Part shown: piece after piece, positions 1 through 11,696 of the stretch
Layout of the letters: each line of letters begins with the position of its first letter
How positions within the stretch are numbered: the stretch's first letter is position 1
From: Massalongia carnosa
Taxonomy: Eukaryota
Reading direction: 5' to 3'
DNA: 64,000 nucleotides
Assembly: GCA_965645245.1 (NCBI GenBank)
Contig: OZ287070.1
Location: 2,976,001 to 3,040,000 of the forward strand
Made by a program: the position numbers and the translations under genes
Notes under the pieces: generated by a model
What the model was told of the DNA's origin: nothing
The model's input: the letters and a program-made list of their open reading frames with translations, nothing else
The model's database searches: none

Positions 1-1207
1 TGGCTTGGGGAAAAGGTTGTCCTTAAGGTCATTCATTTCCTGATCACGAGCTACGAATTTGGGTACACGGGGTAGGCCTTTCAAACTGAATGGCACTTTG
101 TATGGACCAGAATCTATTCAAAGATTAAGTAAATCAAAGATTATCAAGGAAACATTAACGCACATTTTCGTGTGGAAAGATTATTTCCGCAGAGCTTCAT
201 TTGTTTCATTATGCTTTCCAAAGCCACATAGCGGGTTGTGGCGGCCATAATCTTGTTCTTCTGTGCTCCATCTTCGAGTCCAATACTCTCAAGCCCATGA
301 GAAACATTGAAACGAAAATAGCGATTCCCATCGTCGAGATCTGAATGTGCTCGATGGAAAGACTCCGCTGTTTTTTCTGTCTCTGTTGCAATGTCTTGCA
401 ATGTTTTTGCAATCTCGAAGAGGCTTGAGCCATAAGAATCCAAGGATGGAACACCGGTACCGATAGATATCAGGCATTTAATGTTTCCCTCAAGCGCTTC
501 ATCTGACCACACACTTTTGGCCTCGTTCCAAAGCTGTGCGACAGGATTGTTAGCCCCCACAGCCCCGTCGACAAATTCTTCTTCAAACTGGCCAATTCTG
601 ATTGGATCAAAGAGGGATGATGCGGCAGATGTGGCTCGAGCTGCCTCCCAAATTCGTGTCTTATGGTACATATCTGAGGATCCTCGAGAAGGATACGATG
701 TGAAAAGGACTGTGTCGGCAGTCTCTTTGCTCAGAGCGCATACAAATCTAGCCTTCGTTAATATCACTAGAATAGTACGTGAAAATGCAACTTCCAAAGC
801 ACTGACACTTTGCACTGCTGATTCTCCGATCCTTTGAGGAGAGCATTTTCGCCTGCCTTGTCCTTCCGCTTTACGATTTCTCGAATCGACCGTTCCAGCT
901 CTTCTGTGTCGAATCTCCCTTGTACGTGTCCGTTTATTGTGACACGATGCCACTTTTTTTGAAACACTTGATCGAACAATGCGACATAAGCATCGATACA
1001 TTCATCAATGTTCATCTCAAGACGACCCAGCATGATAGCAATCAATCCACCGGTACTTGTCCCTCCGATCATGTCGAAATACTCGCATGGCTTCGGCGGC
1101 GCATCCGGATTAATGATCTCCATCAGTCGCTTGAGGATTGCGAGTGACGATAGCCCTCGCACTCCACCTCCATCGAGAGATAATAGGCATAAGTCATTAT
1201 CTGGCAT
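1..1207 (-). CDS. Patatin-like phospholipase, probably the N-terminus of a patatin-NB-ARC fungal NLR-like protein (3' end off-window)
   Basis: Motifs DGGGVRG, GTSTG and DGA(VG)ANNP. Introns 806-748 (GTCAGT..CTAG) and 163-114 (GTGCGT..ATAG) join the ORFs. The third exon reads YSGPYKVPFSLKGLPRVPKFVARDQEM, resembling the pre-P-loop segment of fungal NB-ARC proteins. Confidence 0.85.
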
Positions 1208-1841
1208 GACAGAAGGTCCTGAACTTCTTATATTATACAGCTAGCCTGTTAAGAATGTGCAGAAGTCGTATCACATAGTGGGCTATGTGAAGAATGGGTG
1301 CAAAAAGGTGAATCTATGTGGCAGGGCGGGGTGACAAGATAAGTGGCAGTTATGTAAGCTAGGTTCCCGCCAAAAATATGGAGTTTTGAGAATGTACAAA
1401 TCAGGCTACTTCATTTCAGCCGCACTCACCTTCTACCGCACGAGTATGGCGCACGCTAATGGCTAGACGTATCGCTAGTCCATACCGTACATTGTCTATA
1501 AATCTAGGTGTCAGAACGTAAACTGACACGGCTGACAAAAAATCAGCTGGGGACATCAGTGATATCCGCACCCAGCCCCACGAAAATCCCCTGTGATATC
1601 TCTGATATCTCACGGTGAACTTATAGCCTGCTACCATATAAATAAGCACCTGCTGCCATCTAATTACTGGTTGAAAAATAGCCATTTGCTTACTAAGCAT
1701 CAAAATTTCACCTACGCCTTCATTAATTATTCAGCTCAATTTCTTCACTTTTCAGCCCTACCACACTTGCGCCCGCGTTCAATCTCAGCCCTATCGGTCG
1801 CACGCGCAGAACACCTCCAATACACAGTCACTCTCCCCCTT

Positions 1842-3843
1842 ATGAAATATTTACCAATAGCTACCGTCGAACAAGTTCAGCGTAATCTGGACAATGACAC
1901 CGCCAATTTTCGTGCACAGCACTCTGCCCTGGCCTTGACGCAAATTAGCAGGCCCAAAAACACCAATCGCGCGTATACTCGGGTGGTCAAGGAATGGAAG
2001 GTAACCCCCCTTTTAAAATTCACTCTCATTAGGCTATGTGGATTTTTTTAATTGACTAATTGAGGCACAGATTTTCTGCGAAGAGCATCACTATGATGAT
2101 GGAGAAATTGTGCATGAAGCCAAAGTGGTGCGATTTTTTCAAAGAAAAATCGCAAAGCTCAAGCCCTCGACTCGGACTCGGACTCGGATCAGGACTCCCA
2201 AACTCTCAAATACAATTCAATAAGGGGATACAAGACTGCGCTGATAGATCTGTGGTTCTATCAAGTTTCCCGAGGCCAGCACAATCGTCTTCATCCCAAT
2301 GGCAATGCGCTGAAGTCTCTTATGAAGGATTCTTCGCGAAATCAGCATATCAAGAAGAAGCTGGCCTTCGAGGATCGAGGTCGAGGAACGGTAGCAGATG
2401 GCTATGATGAAAAGGCCCTCCAGGAAATATTGGAGGAGTTTTGGAAGCAGTCTCACTCCTTCAAGGCCTCCATTCTCGGAGGTAACCTACGAGGACGTCT
2501 AGATTATCTTATGCGACACCTTCTTGCTCGGAGTGAGTCTCGTCGCTTTGCTGAGCTTCCTGATTTACAGCTACTCATGTTTGACAACGAGGGTTCCTCG
2601 TCCTGCCCGGCATTGCTTTACCTCATGGGCAATGGTAAAACCAATCAGAATGGGCGCATCGAGTACAATGGAATGCTGAGGCACAAGGACCGTTCGCTTT
2701 GTGGTATGAGTGCGTTATCGGTGTATTTTTTCTGGCGTTGGGAGCAATCGGGTGAACCTTTTCCGAATTTTGGAAGCAATAAAGACTGGTATAATATACG
2801 AGTCCTGATCGGTGAGTTTTGGAGATTTTCTTTCATTTTATCACTGTTTTGACGACGTTTCTCACAGTTTTTCATTTTGTTCAATCCATTTCACTAAATT
2901 GTTCTCAATTCGTCCATCTGCTTTCGAAGGTTTCCGGTTTCCCCCCCTTTTTTGAATGAAATATCGTTTTTTCTCTGAAACTGCCTTTATTTTATTGTAT
3001 TGTTTTTATCAATTCGGCGAAATAATTCGGTGATATTATGTGACTGACGATTCTTGTTTAATATCCTCTCCTAAAGACGTCTGCAAAGAAATCTCTGATT
3101 CCACCCAGCGCAAATGGATTTACAGCGTGTACAGTCCCCTCGGCCTCACCTATAGCAAGGTCACTCATGCTGGGCGAAGTTCTGGAACAAAGTATGCCGA
3201 GCTGAAAGGCATTCAGGAGGATCAGATACGTCGTGCAGCTCATTGGACTACCGACTCCATGCACAAGGGCTATCTTACGTCCCTGCCTAGAGAATTCATG
3301 CGAGGCATGGCTGCATTCGATCCAAAGCATCCTGGAACCTATCATATCGCTCGAGCAGCAGTCACGCCATCTTCAGAGCTTTTGTCTTCTTTCTGGCCTT
3401 CTCTAGACAAGTGGTTGAAGCATTTTTTCAATGATATAGCCACTATTCAGTTCGTAAGGCTATTAGACTATCTTCGTGTGGTTTTTCTGCAGGACTCCGT
3501 GCTTCTTCGACAGAAATATCCTCAGCATCCTTTGTGGAATCATCGCTTGTTTTCTCTGCCGGAGTATGACGTTTTTGCTGCGGATGTTTTGGCTCATCTG
3601 GACGAGAAGGAGATGGATCAAAACAGTTTGATTCGTACTGCCTTGCCTCAATTGGGTCAGCAGGTGGTTGATTTGCATGTGGGCCTCACCAGTTTGATGA
3701 ACGCTGGATTCTAGAAACAAAGGGAGCTGTTCAGTCTGATGGAGGGCAAATTGTATGATTTTCCAACAGGCAAGGTCACATTCACCTTGACCCCTCCAAG
3801 ATTTGTCAATTGCCTCGAGCCACGTCACCGATTCCACTAAATA
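1842..3843 (+). pseudogene. Crypton tyrosine recombinase (Ndc10-II-like domain), 5' part, disabled
   Basis: RPKNT..AY..KEW, intron 2001-2070, DRGRGT..DGY, RSE..R, GKTNQNGR, RHKD..LC..ALS.YFFWRW, THAGR, AAHW and GYL give the R-K-HxxR-W-Y set. Frameshift near 2220; intron from 2812 has an apparently mutated acceptor near 3064; TAG at 3712. Confidence 0.85.
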
Positions 3844-4524
3844 CTCGAGATGACTGGGATATGCAACAGCACTAGTAGGGGTTTACCCAAAGTTTGACCG
3901 ATAATCTTCTGATTAGCATTACCAGTCTTCCTTATCGAATTTGGCTGCAGTATCTTCAGAGCACTGATAATTGCAAGCAACGGCCGAATTAATTGTTTAA
4001 ACAATTGAAGCTATAGAAAGCTTTGGTGCTTGGGCCCCGCCCGCTAGGCCGGCTCAGTGCTATATTATACATGATGTAGTATATAAAGCAGTCAATCTCG
4101 CCTTCTAGGAGGTCTCACTATCCTCTCAGAAGCCGTGTATACAAGCCATACCGTCACAGCGTTCTTGATTTTATATATTCCCTCACTTCGGGCCTTGACT
4201 GACTTCCTCCCTCTTTTACCTCTCATTCCTTTATTCCTAATATCCTGTATCTCAGTCTGTATAGCGAACTCCGGATCCTCATTCTCTAAGCAAGGCTCTG
4301 GCGGAGCAAGTGTTGAAGGGTCTAAATCGATGGAAATTGGCTGGATAGCCTGTGCCTTCTTATTTGTCTTGTTTTTCAGACTTTGAGGTTTGGGCGCTGC
4401 AATGAGGCTCCACACAGATTTCCAGGCCTTTCAGAACTCCTTCTCTTTTTTATCTGCACGCTTCTTCTGCTCCTCTGTGTGTGTCATGGTGCGAATAAGG
4501 ATAATCTAGGAAAGGTAGTGACAA

Positions 4525-4596
4525 GGCCTGCTGGGTCAGAAACCTCTACGTGGTGCAGGCTATCAACACCTCCTCGGAGGTGGCCAATATCTGATC
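4525..4596 (+). ncRNA. HDV-like self-cleaving ribozyme (predicted)
   Basis: P1 GGCCTGC/GCAGGCT (first pair G.U); P2 GGTCAGA/TCTGATC; P3 ACC/GGT; L3 TCTACGT; P4 CACCTC-CTCG-GAGGTG; J4/2 GCCAA. Starts exactly at the element's 5' end. Confidence 0.8.
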
Positions 4597-4681
4597 ATCG
4601 CCAACGCGGAAGTCCACCTCGGTGGCCATTTGAACGATCAACGTCTCTACTGATCATTCGTCACCTCGAAGGCACACATAC

Positions 4682-4825
4682 AAAGCCCATTCATTCGGGA
4701 TGGCCACACCCCTCAGGCGGAAGCCTTTCACCTCATCGAAAAAGCCCATTCATTCGGAATGGCCACACCCCTCAGGCGGAAGCCTTTCACCACATCGAAA
4801 GAGCCCATTCATTTAGAATGGCCGC
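4682..4825 (+). repeat. 59-bp tandem repeat, about 2.4 copies, inside the retroposon
   Basis: Unit AAAGCCCATTCATTCGG(A/G)ATGGCCACACCCCTCAGGCGGAAGCCTTTCACC.CATCG starts at 4682, 4741 and (partial) ~4800. Confidence 0.9.
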
Positions 4826-5401
4826 ACTTACCCACCTTCATTTATACGACACCACGATCTGCCCTCGATCACGGCCAGTCTTTCCTCCATTGAATCAAAA
4901 CGTTTAAAGAGAGAGAACGTTCGTCGAACGTGTGGAAATACACTGTCTAGTTCATCGAGTCTATAGGATTCTTAGCGCTTGAAGATCTGGGTGTAAGCAC
5001 CGCGTGGTAGAAGGACGGTCTCGTTGCGTTCAACATGGAACAAGGGAGTGGTTTTACCCTGGGGGCCAGGTTTCCACTTCCTGACTGTTGTTTATGTACA
5101 TAAATAGCAGTCACAGCGTCATATCCTTAGGATGCATACGCTTAATGAATTAATAAAAAAAAAAGGTAGTGACAAGAAGGTTGCTAAGATTGCTAAGCGA
5201 TACCCCCGACATTTAGCGTTGCGGGAGGTAGCGCATTGGGTTTAGCGGGAAGCTAACCTCATCAAGGTTAGTAAAGGGATCAAGGAGTTATAAGAAAATC
5301 TCTACAGCAATTGCTGCTTTCTTCTTTGTGTTCGTCTTGTTTATTTAGCATACCTATAAGCTAGCCATCAAGACCATCATCACCACCACTTGGGTAGGCC
5401 T

Positions 5402-5687
5402 TGTTAAATGGTGAGGCTACTATCGGTTAAGATGGTTAGGCTACCATCAATATAGGCATCCATCGTGAGTCCCACGGGTGCCTGCCAGGCATCTATAAGA
5501 GGTGCCTAACAGGCAGCTATGGAGGTACCTAATAGCCAGCTATGGAGGTGCCTAACAGGCAGCTATGGGAGGCCTACAGCATTACTGTTATGTGACTGCT
5601 ATAAAAGCAGGTAGATAGCCCACGTAGATAACTACCTTCAATGACAATCATGCTATTATACCTACACGTGAATTTTACTATTCATCA
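5402..5687 (+). mobile_element. Solo LTR, family B (probably Copia)
   Basis: TGTTAAATGG...TTCATCA with GGCCT TSD. Related copies at 27150-27451 (inverted) and 28133-28395. Confidence 0.85.
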
Positions 5688-6350
5688 GGCCTTCTATTGC
5701 CCACCCATTACAGTGTGCTTCTTCCTCTCCCGTTCTTCGAGGACGTCATGATTCATTATACGTCCTTTACCGAGCTGTTGATTTGAACGTTTGGCCTTCT
5801 CCTTTTTACACTGTTGATTCTCCAACAATTCACTATTTGTAGTCTCTAGTAACACCTTCTCGACGTATGCTTTTGATCCAGCCTTGCCTAGCTTCATAAT
5901 CTCTTGCTGAGTAGCCTTCTCATTAATAGCTTTGTGGACGATTTTATCGAATTCAGCTGCATTTCTTGGAGTCTTGATAGGAGCGGATTTAGTGACGCCA
6001 TCCGACGATCGGAAGAATACTTCTGGTGGCGTATACGGCCTTAGAGTAACAGTGTTCTGAGGCTTTTTGCCCTTATGATCAGTTGAGATGATTTACGTCT
6101 TGACCAGATGAGGTGAAATGAATGGCATTGATCTATAGATGATTTTCTAGCTAGGTATGCCGCCAGGGGATAGATCAAGAGATGTCTCCGAAGGAAGAAA
6201 GAATGTGGGGGATGAAGAATTTTTACCTGTGCCGCGGTGGCAATGTCATGTGACGGGCATGTGACGGGCCCGTTGACCAATGTTGGTTAATGCCAGTATA
6301 GCTGACATTTGACACACCCCCTTGATGAAGATCATCTGCAATGATCTTTA

Positions 6351-9300
6351 TCATCCTTCTTTTATATCTTCATGATGTTGCCCTTTCAGGCCTAGTAATT
6401 TGACAAATGAAGCATGCCTTTGAGGCGGCAATGCCTTCGTCAATCCATCTGCCAGAATTGTGGCAGTGGGCACCCATTGAATTTTGATTCGATCCTTTGC
6501 AATTTCTTGGCGGAGCCAATGTTTATAGATGTCGACATGGCGAAGCTTGGTCACCAGTTTATTTTCCGTCAGTGCCCTGATTGTCTGCCGATTGTCGCAT
6601 TGAATGTTTGGCATCATCTGCAAATCTATATTTATCTCTTGAAAAAGACGCGTCCACCAGATGAGCTCCTTTCCTGCCGATGAGATGGCGAGCAATTCCG
6701 CTTCCGTACTGCTAGTGGTGACCGTCTTCTGCTTTGACGCCTTCCAATCTATCATTCCACTAAATAGCTTGAATCCGTATCCCTGGGAGCTATATCTGGT
6801 CGCGGGGTCATCGGCAAATGAGGCGTCGCTGCTTGCTAAAAAGATGGTTTGGTCAGAAGAAGAATGGTCAGAGTTTCCGAAAAAATCAGAAGAGTTAAAC
6901 CAAATGGTCAATGTTTTGGAATGCCCTAAATATTTCAGGGTCCGAATGGCAGCTTCCGAAAGGCATTTAGATGGGTTGGTTAGAAATTCCGACAGTTTGG
7001 AAGCTGCAAATGCGACGTCCGGGCGGGTTATTACTGCGGCGAAATTGATGGATCCAACTATTTGCTGGTAGGCATGGATTTCCTGATTTGTAGCCTGACC
7101 AGAATTTCTGACCAATTGCATTCCTGATCCGTATGGTAAAGGTGTCGCCGGTCCCTTATTTTCTAGATTAATGCTGACATTGAATTTTGAAATTATCTTT
7201 TCAATGTAGGACTGCTGAGACAGCCATAAAAGTCCGGTTTCGCGTTTCCTAGAGATCTGAATTCCTAGGAACCATTCTAATTCTCCTAAATGTCGCATTT
7301 CAAAACGGTCAAATAGCTGCGTCTGAAAAACGTCAGCTTGATTGGTCCAACGACGATCGTATAGAAGAACGATGTCATCTACGAAGAAGAAAAGAAGCAA
7401 ATGCTTGTCCCGACTGATGAAGAGACAATCTGCTCCTGGTATCGGCTCAAAATTCATTCCGATTAGTGCTTCCAATAAAAGACGATACCATAAGGCTGGA
7501 GATTGTTTTAGTCCATACAGAGCCCTTTGTAGAAGCAGCAAAATGCCGCTATCTTTTGGCCATCCCTCAGGTGGCTTACAATAGATGGGCTCATCTATAG
7601 GACTATTGGCAAATGCATTTATGGCGTCATACTGTCGCGTCTCCAAATCGAATGTTGCTACAATTGCCATTAATGCTCGGAAAATGCGAGCTGCTAAAGT
7701 GGCGGCGTAGGTGTCTTGGTCAGTCTTCTGAAAATCACCCCTAGCCACTAAGCGAGCTTTGTATTTGGTCAAATATCCCTCTTCGTCGAATTTATATTTG
7801 AAAATCCACATAGTAGGAATGATGACATTATCTTTCGAAATAACCTCATTTGTAGGAATTTCCTTCCAAGTGCCCTTTGCTTCCAAAGCTTTTATTTCCG
7901 TTTTGATTGCTTCCTGAAATCCGGCGGAATAAGAATGTTTCAGCATTTGACCGAAATGCTTTGGTTCCGCAGGTAGGGAATCTCTATGTAGGCGATGCTG
8001 AGAAAATTTAGTAAAGAATGATGATTTTGCAAATGCTGCAAATGAGGAATGAAAGGAGATAACTTCTCCATTTTCGGCATCTTTCAAGGCAGCGAAATAA
8101 GCCTGTTTTCTGCCTTTTCTTTCCCGTCTCACCCCCTCAGGCAAGATATTTGCCTGGTCCAATTCTAGACCAATCACTTTCTTCTCTTTTTGAGATGGTT
8201 TAGGGTCAGGTGGCGGGGTTGCTTCAGATGGTAAGGGAGATGGCAAATACTCGAATGTTTTGCCTTTTGCTGAGTCATGTGATGCGGAGTCATTTGCGGA
8301 GTCATTTGGGGAATTGCCAGATGCTGGCATTTGCCCTTTTTCTATAGATTGCTGGTTTTGCTCCGCATGCAGATTTATCTCATCTTCTAAATCTGATTCC
8401 ACCTCGGTAATTCGCGCCAAATCAGTAAGAAGATTCGGAATTTCAAACGTCTCTGGTAATGGCAGCATTGGCTCGGAAATTGCTTGCATGACATCTATGT
8501 CATGAGGATCGTATCTAGTGCTGTCATCGAAAATAACGTCTCTAGTCCGAATTACCTTCCGCTGAGATGGTATCCAAATGCGAAAAATGTTGCGAGCATC
8601 ATAACCAACCAAATATCCGATGTGAGCTCTTTCTTTCAACTTTTCCTTCTTCGAAATTTGCTTATTTAAGGCATAAGCTTTGCAGCCATAAACATGTAAA
8701 TGTGCTAAGTTTGGACGGGTCTTGTGGACCATCTGGTATGGCGTTTTCCATTGATGTTTTCCCATAGGAGTCCGATTTGCTATATAGCCGGCAGTCCGAA
8801 AAATTTCCGGCCAAAGAAATGTAGGAAGATTTGCATCCATCCGCATAGCACGTGCTTTTAGGGTCAAAATTCCCCCTTTTCTTTCTGAGTGCCCATTCTG
8901 CTCCGGCGAATGAGGTGCAGATGGTTCGTAAGTAATCCCCTTTTCTATAAGTAATTCTCGAAAATCACCTCCCAAAGATTTCTCGCCGTTAGTCCGAAAG
9001 AAGACTACTTTTCCATTGAATCTAGTCTCAATCAAATTAAGTGCCTCTTTTACTATCCGCGTCGCATCTGATTTCTTTGGATGAGTAAAAACCATGTTAA
9101 AATCGGTCCAATGGCAGGCGAAATGAGAGACCCATTCATCTTTGTTATAGGCAGGGTTCAATGGGATTAAGTCGTATGATATTCGATGAAAAGGTAGGGC
9201 TGCCGTTTCGGCATTTTCCGCTGACCTAGAGATGATTCGGTGCATTTTTGAAAGTGCGCATGTTTCGCACTCATTGGTTTTGGGAATTGTAGGGGCAGCT

Positions 9301-9655
9301 GCTGAATCAGCAATCTTCACCCCCTCAGCTGATGCCTGTAAATGCTGAATGGCGTCATTTGACGCATGTGCCAACATCTGATGCCATTGATAGGAAGGTG
9401 CAGATTTGGCATTTTCTTTCTCTTTAGCTGCAGCGGAATTTTGCTCTGTTGCAAATGACTGATTGAACACCCCCTCAGTGTTGTCTTCCAGTAAGAAGTG
9501 CCCATTTAGTGGTTTAACCCATGCCACAGTCTTTCCTTCCCTATGCAGGTGCATTTTCCAATCGTCAAAGTGTACCCCTTTTACATTGAATAAATGCTGA
9601 GCGACGACATTTGTCATGAATCTAGGGACGTAGGCGACGTCGACTAATGTAATTA
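6351..9655 (-). CDS. Copia pol (integrase, RT, RNase H)
   Basis: WHQMLAH..CETC, PEQNGHSER, YKARLVARG, ALYGLKQSP, FFVDD, SSTEAE and LADGLTK in INT-RT-RH order. Confidence 0.95.
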
Positions 9656-10960
9656 TCCATGTCCAGATGGGGCAGGAATGTTGATTCTGATGGCTCCGTA
9701 GAATTCTATTTTTAGGTAGTTGGCACCGGCTGCCAAATAGTTATCTTTTGATGCATCTCGCGTCTTCACTATACGCGATTTCATGGTCTCATTGCAAATG
9801 TGCCGATTGGATCCATTATCTAGAATCCATGACCCCTTGATGACTAAGCTATTTGCCGCTGAAAAGGAAGTGCTGCAAAAAGCTGCAAAGGTGGCATTTC
9901 CACCCTCCGGTATCGTGTTATTTTTCTGCCCTTTCTGATCCTGATTCTTTTGCCCCTGATTATTCTGACTAGTCCTAGCTTTTTCTTTGCAGGTTTGTAT
10001 GGATTTTTCCACCTTCTCCCGGAATGCCTTATCCTTCATAGCGTCATCGATTCGGGATTGGATTTCGGGACTCGTTTTGAAATTGTGCGGTCGGCGGGGA
10101 TGGTCAGGCACTAGGTGCCAGCAATGACCGAGGGCATGATCTTTGCCGCAAATGCAAGGTGGTCTAGCCGGTCGCTGACTATTGAATGTAGGTCCCTGAT
10201 TAGATGAGGAAGACTGGTTGGAATTAGCAGAAAAGGCGGAATGGGACTCCCCTTTTTCAGCTTTTTGATACCGGACGAATTGTCGGAATTCTTCCAGCAA
10301 TTTATAGAAGTCCATGTCCGGCTCCCTGTTTAGATTGATCAGCAGGGTATCGGCAAAGTTAGTCTCCTTTTCCCGAATGGCCATGAGAAAGTGTCGATGA
10401 GCTCGTTGCCCCTCTGCCTCAAAAAGCTTATTATTGATGGCGTCAGTGTATGTCCTCTGCCACTGCTCGATGTATGTCTCCAAATTTTGATTTCCTGGTC
10501 CCTTTTTGAGCTTCTCGTATTTGGTCTCAATGTCCCGAATTTGGGCGGCATCAGATGGAGCAATTCTTTGCTTCAGTGCCGTCAGTATTTTCCATGGATG
10601 TCCTCTTTTTTGGTTTATGTCTTCCAAATAAACGCCGTATTCGGTCGACAGACTTTCTAGAATGTTGGATGTCAGCTCAGTTAGTGCTGCTTTTCGAACT
10701 TTGTATTCGTCCAATTTTAATCTGTATAGCTGAGTTTTCAGTTGAAGCATTTGATACTTTCCTGCCTCAACTTCATCATCATCATTTTCCGAGATTGGAA
10801 AATTTGGTATCTCTGGCCGTTTTAACGACTCCTTAAATGGCTCATTCGGGTTAACCTTATCCCATATTTCTAGACTTTCTGCCTTTATTTGGATGAAGGA
10901 AAACCATGTTCTCCAGTCGGCCGATTTTGCCAAGACGATTTTTCTGGGCGATGCCGACAT
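9653..10960 (-). CDS. Copia gag plus start of protease
   Basis: 435-aa ORF directly after the PBS. CICGKDH....CW knuckle and WILDNGSNRHIC protease motif. Frameshifts into pol near 9660. Confidence 0.9.
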   Translation of the reverse strand: MSASPRKIVLAKSADWRTWFSFIQIKAESLEIWDKVNPNEPFKESLKRPEIPNFPISENDDDEVEAGKYQMLQLKTQLYRLKLDEYKVRKAALTELTSNILESLSTEYGVYLEDINQKRGHPWKILTALKQRIAPSDAAQIRDIETKYEKLKKGPGNQNLETYIEQWQRTYTDAINNKLFEAEGQRAHRHFLMAIREKETNFADTLLINLNREPDMDFYKLLEEFRQFVRYQKAEKGESHSAFSANSNQSSSSNQGPTFNSQRPARPPCICGKDHALGHCWHLVPDHPRRPHNFKTSPEIQSRIDDAMKDKAFREKVEKSIQTCKEKARTSQNNQGQKNQDQKGQKNNTIPEGGNATFAAFCSTSFSAANSLVIKGSWILDNGSNRHICNETMKSRIVKTRDASKDNYLAAGANYLKIEFYGAIRINIPAPSGHG

Positions 10961-11696
10961 TGCTGATATTGTATTTCGAAAAAGGGCTGATTTCGAAAAA
11001 TGCTGAAGGTGCCAAGTGATGGCTTCTGAATAAGTGCCAAAAGGTGGCTTTTTTAAAGATTCAAGAAGTGGTCAAGACGATGGAAGCGAGAATCCGGGCT
11101 CATAACTCTGAGGCTTTTTGCCCTTATGATCAGTTGAGATGATTTACGTCTTGACTAGATGAGGTGAAATGAATGGCATTGATCTATAGATGATTTTCTA
11201 GCTAGGTATGCCGCCAGGGGATAGATCAAGAGATGTCTCCGAAGGAAGAAAGAATGTGGGGGATGAAGAATTTTTACCTGTGCCGCGGTGGCAATGTCAT
11301 GTGACGGGCATGTGACGGGCCCGTTGACAAATGTTGGTTAATGCCAGTATAGCTGACATTTGACAAGTGTTTATCAAATCTTTCGGCTGTGGCAATGTCT
11401 TCGAAAGACTCTCTAGATCCAGAGGAAATAGAAGTGCTTTCTACCAAGCACTGAGAATAGTAGTGAGTTTGGCTGTCTCACTCCGAGCTCGTTGATATAA
11501 CTCAATGAAATCGACCTTATCCACGTTAGCACTGCTATCCCATTTTATCAGACGCAGTAGCTTGGTTCGATAGAGACTCCCCAGTGGCTGAAAGAAACCC
11601 ACATCTAACGGCTGGAGGACGTGATTCGTGTGAGCTGGAAGGCAAGCAAGAATAATCTTCTCATTGATACAGAATTGGGTAACTTCCGACGTAATA

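Larger units (their letters stand above)
4525..5161 (+). mobile_element. Short non-autonomous non-LTR retroposon (SINE/SIDE-like) with poly(A) tail
   Basis: 14-15 bp TSD AAAGGTAGTGACAA(G) at 4511-4524/5 and 5162-5175/6. 3' end is AATAAAAAAA. No RT motif inside. Confidence 0.85.
4482..5712 (+). mobile_element. Solo LTR related to the Gypsy LTR at 57695, carrying two nested insertions
   Basis: TGTCATGGTG...CCCATTACA with GTGTG TSD (4477-4481, 5713-5717). Segment 5190-5400 aligns by eye with 57720-57930. Confidence 0.85.
6056..11365 (-). mobile_element. Ty1/Copia LTR retrotransposon, near intact
   Basis: 259-bp LTRs at 6056-6314 and 11107-11365, two mismatches seen. AGTGT TSD. PBS GTTATGAGCCCGG and PPT AAGGGGGTG. 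Confidence 0.95.

Noticed and set aside
1842..3714. Starship captain (DUF3435) or true centromere protein Ndc10
   Set aside because: The motif set, the linked GCR1_C domain and the decay pattern fit a Crypton transposon; no cargo genes follow.
4600..4640. Second HDV-like ribozyme around CCACCTCGGTGGCCA
   Set aside because: Only a P4-like hairpin is present; I could not find P1, P3 or L3.
4383..4907. 174-aa ORF as a gene
   Set aside because: It runs across three unrelated elements (pogo, LTR, retroposon), so it is a chance frame.
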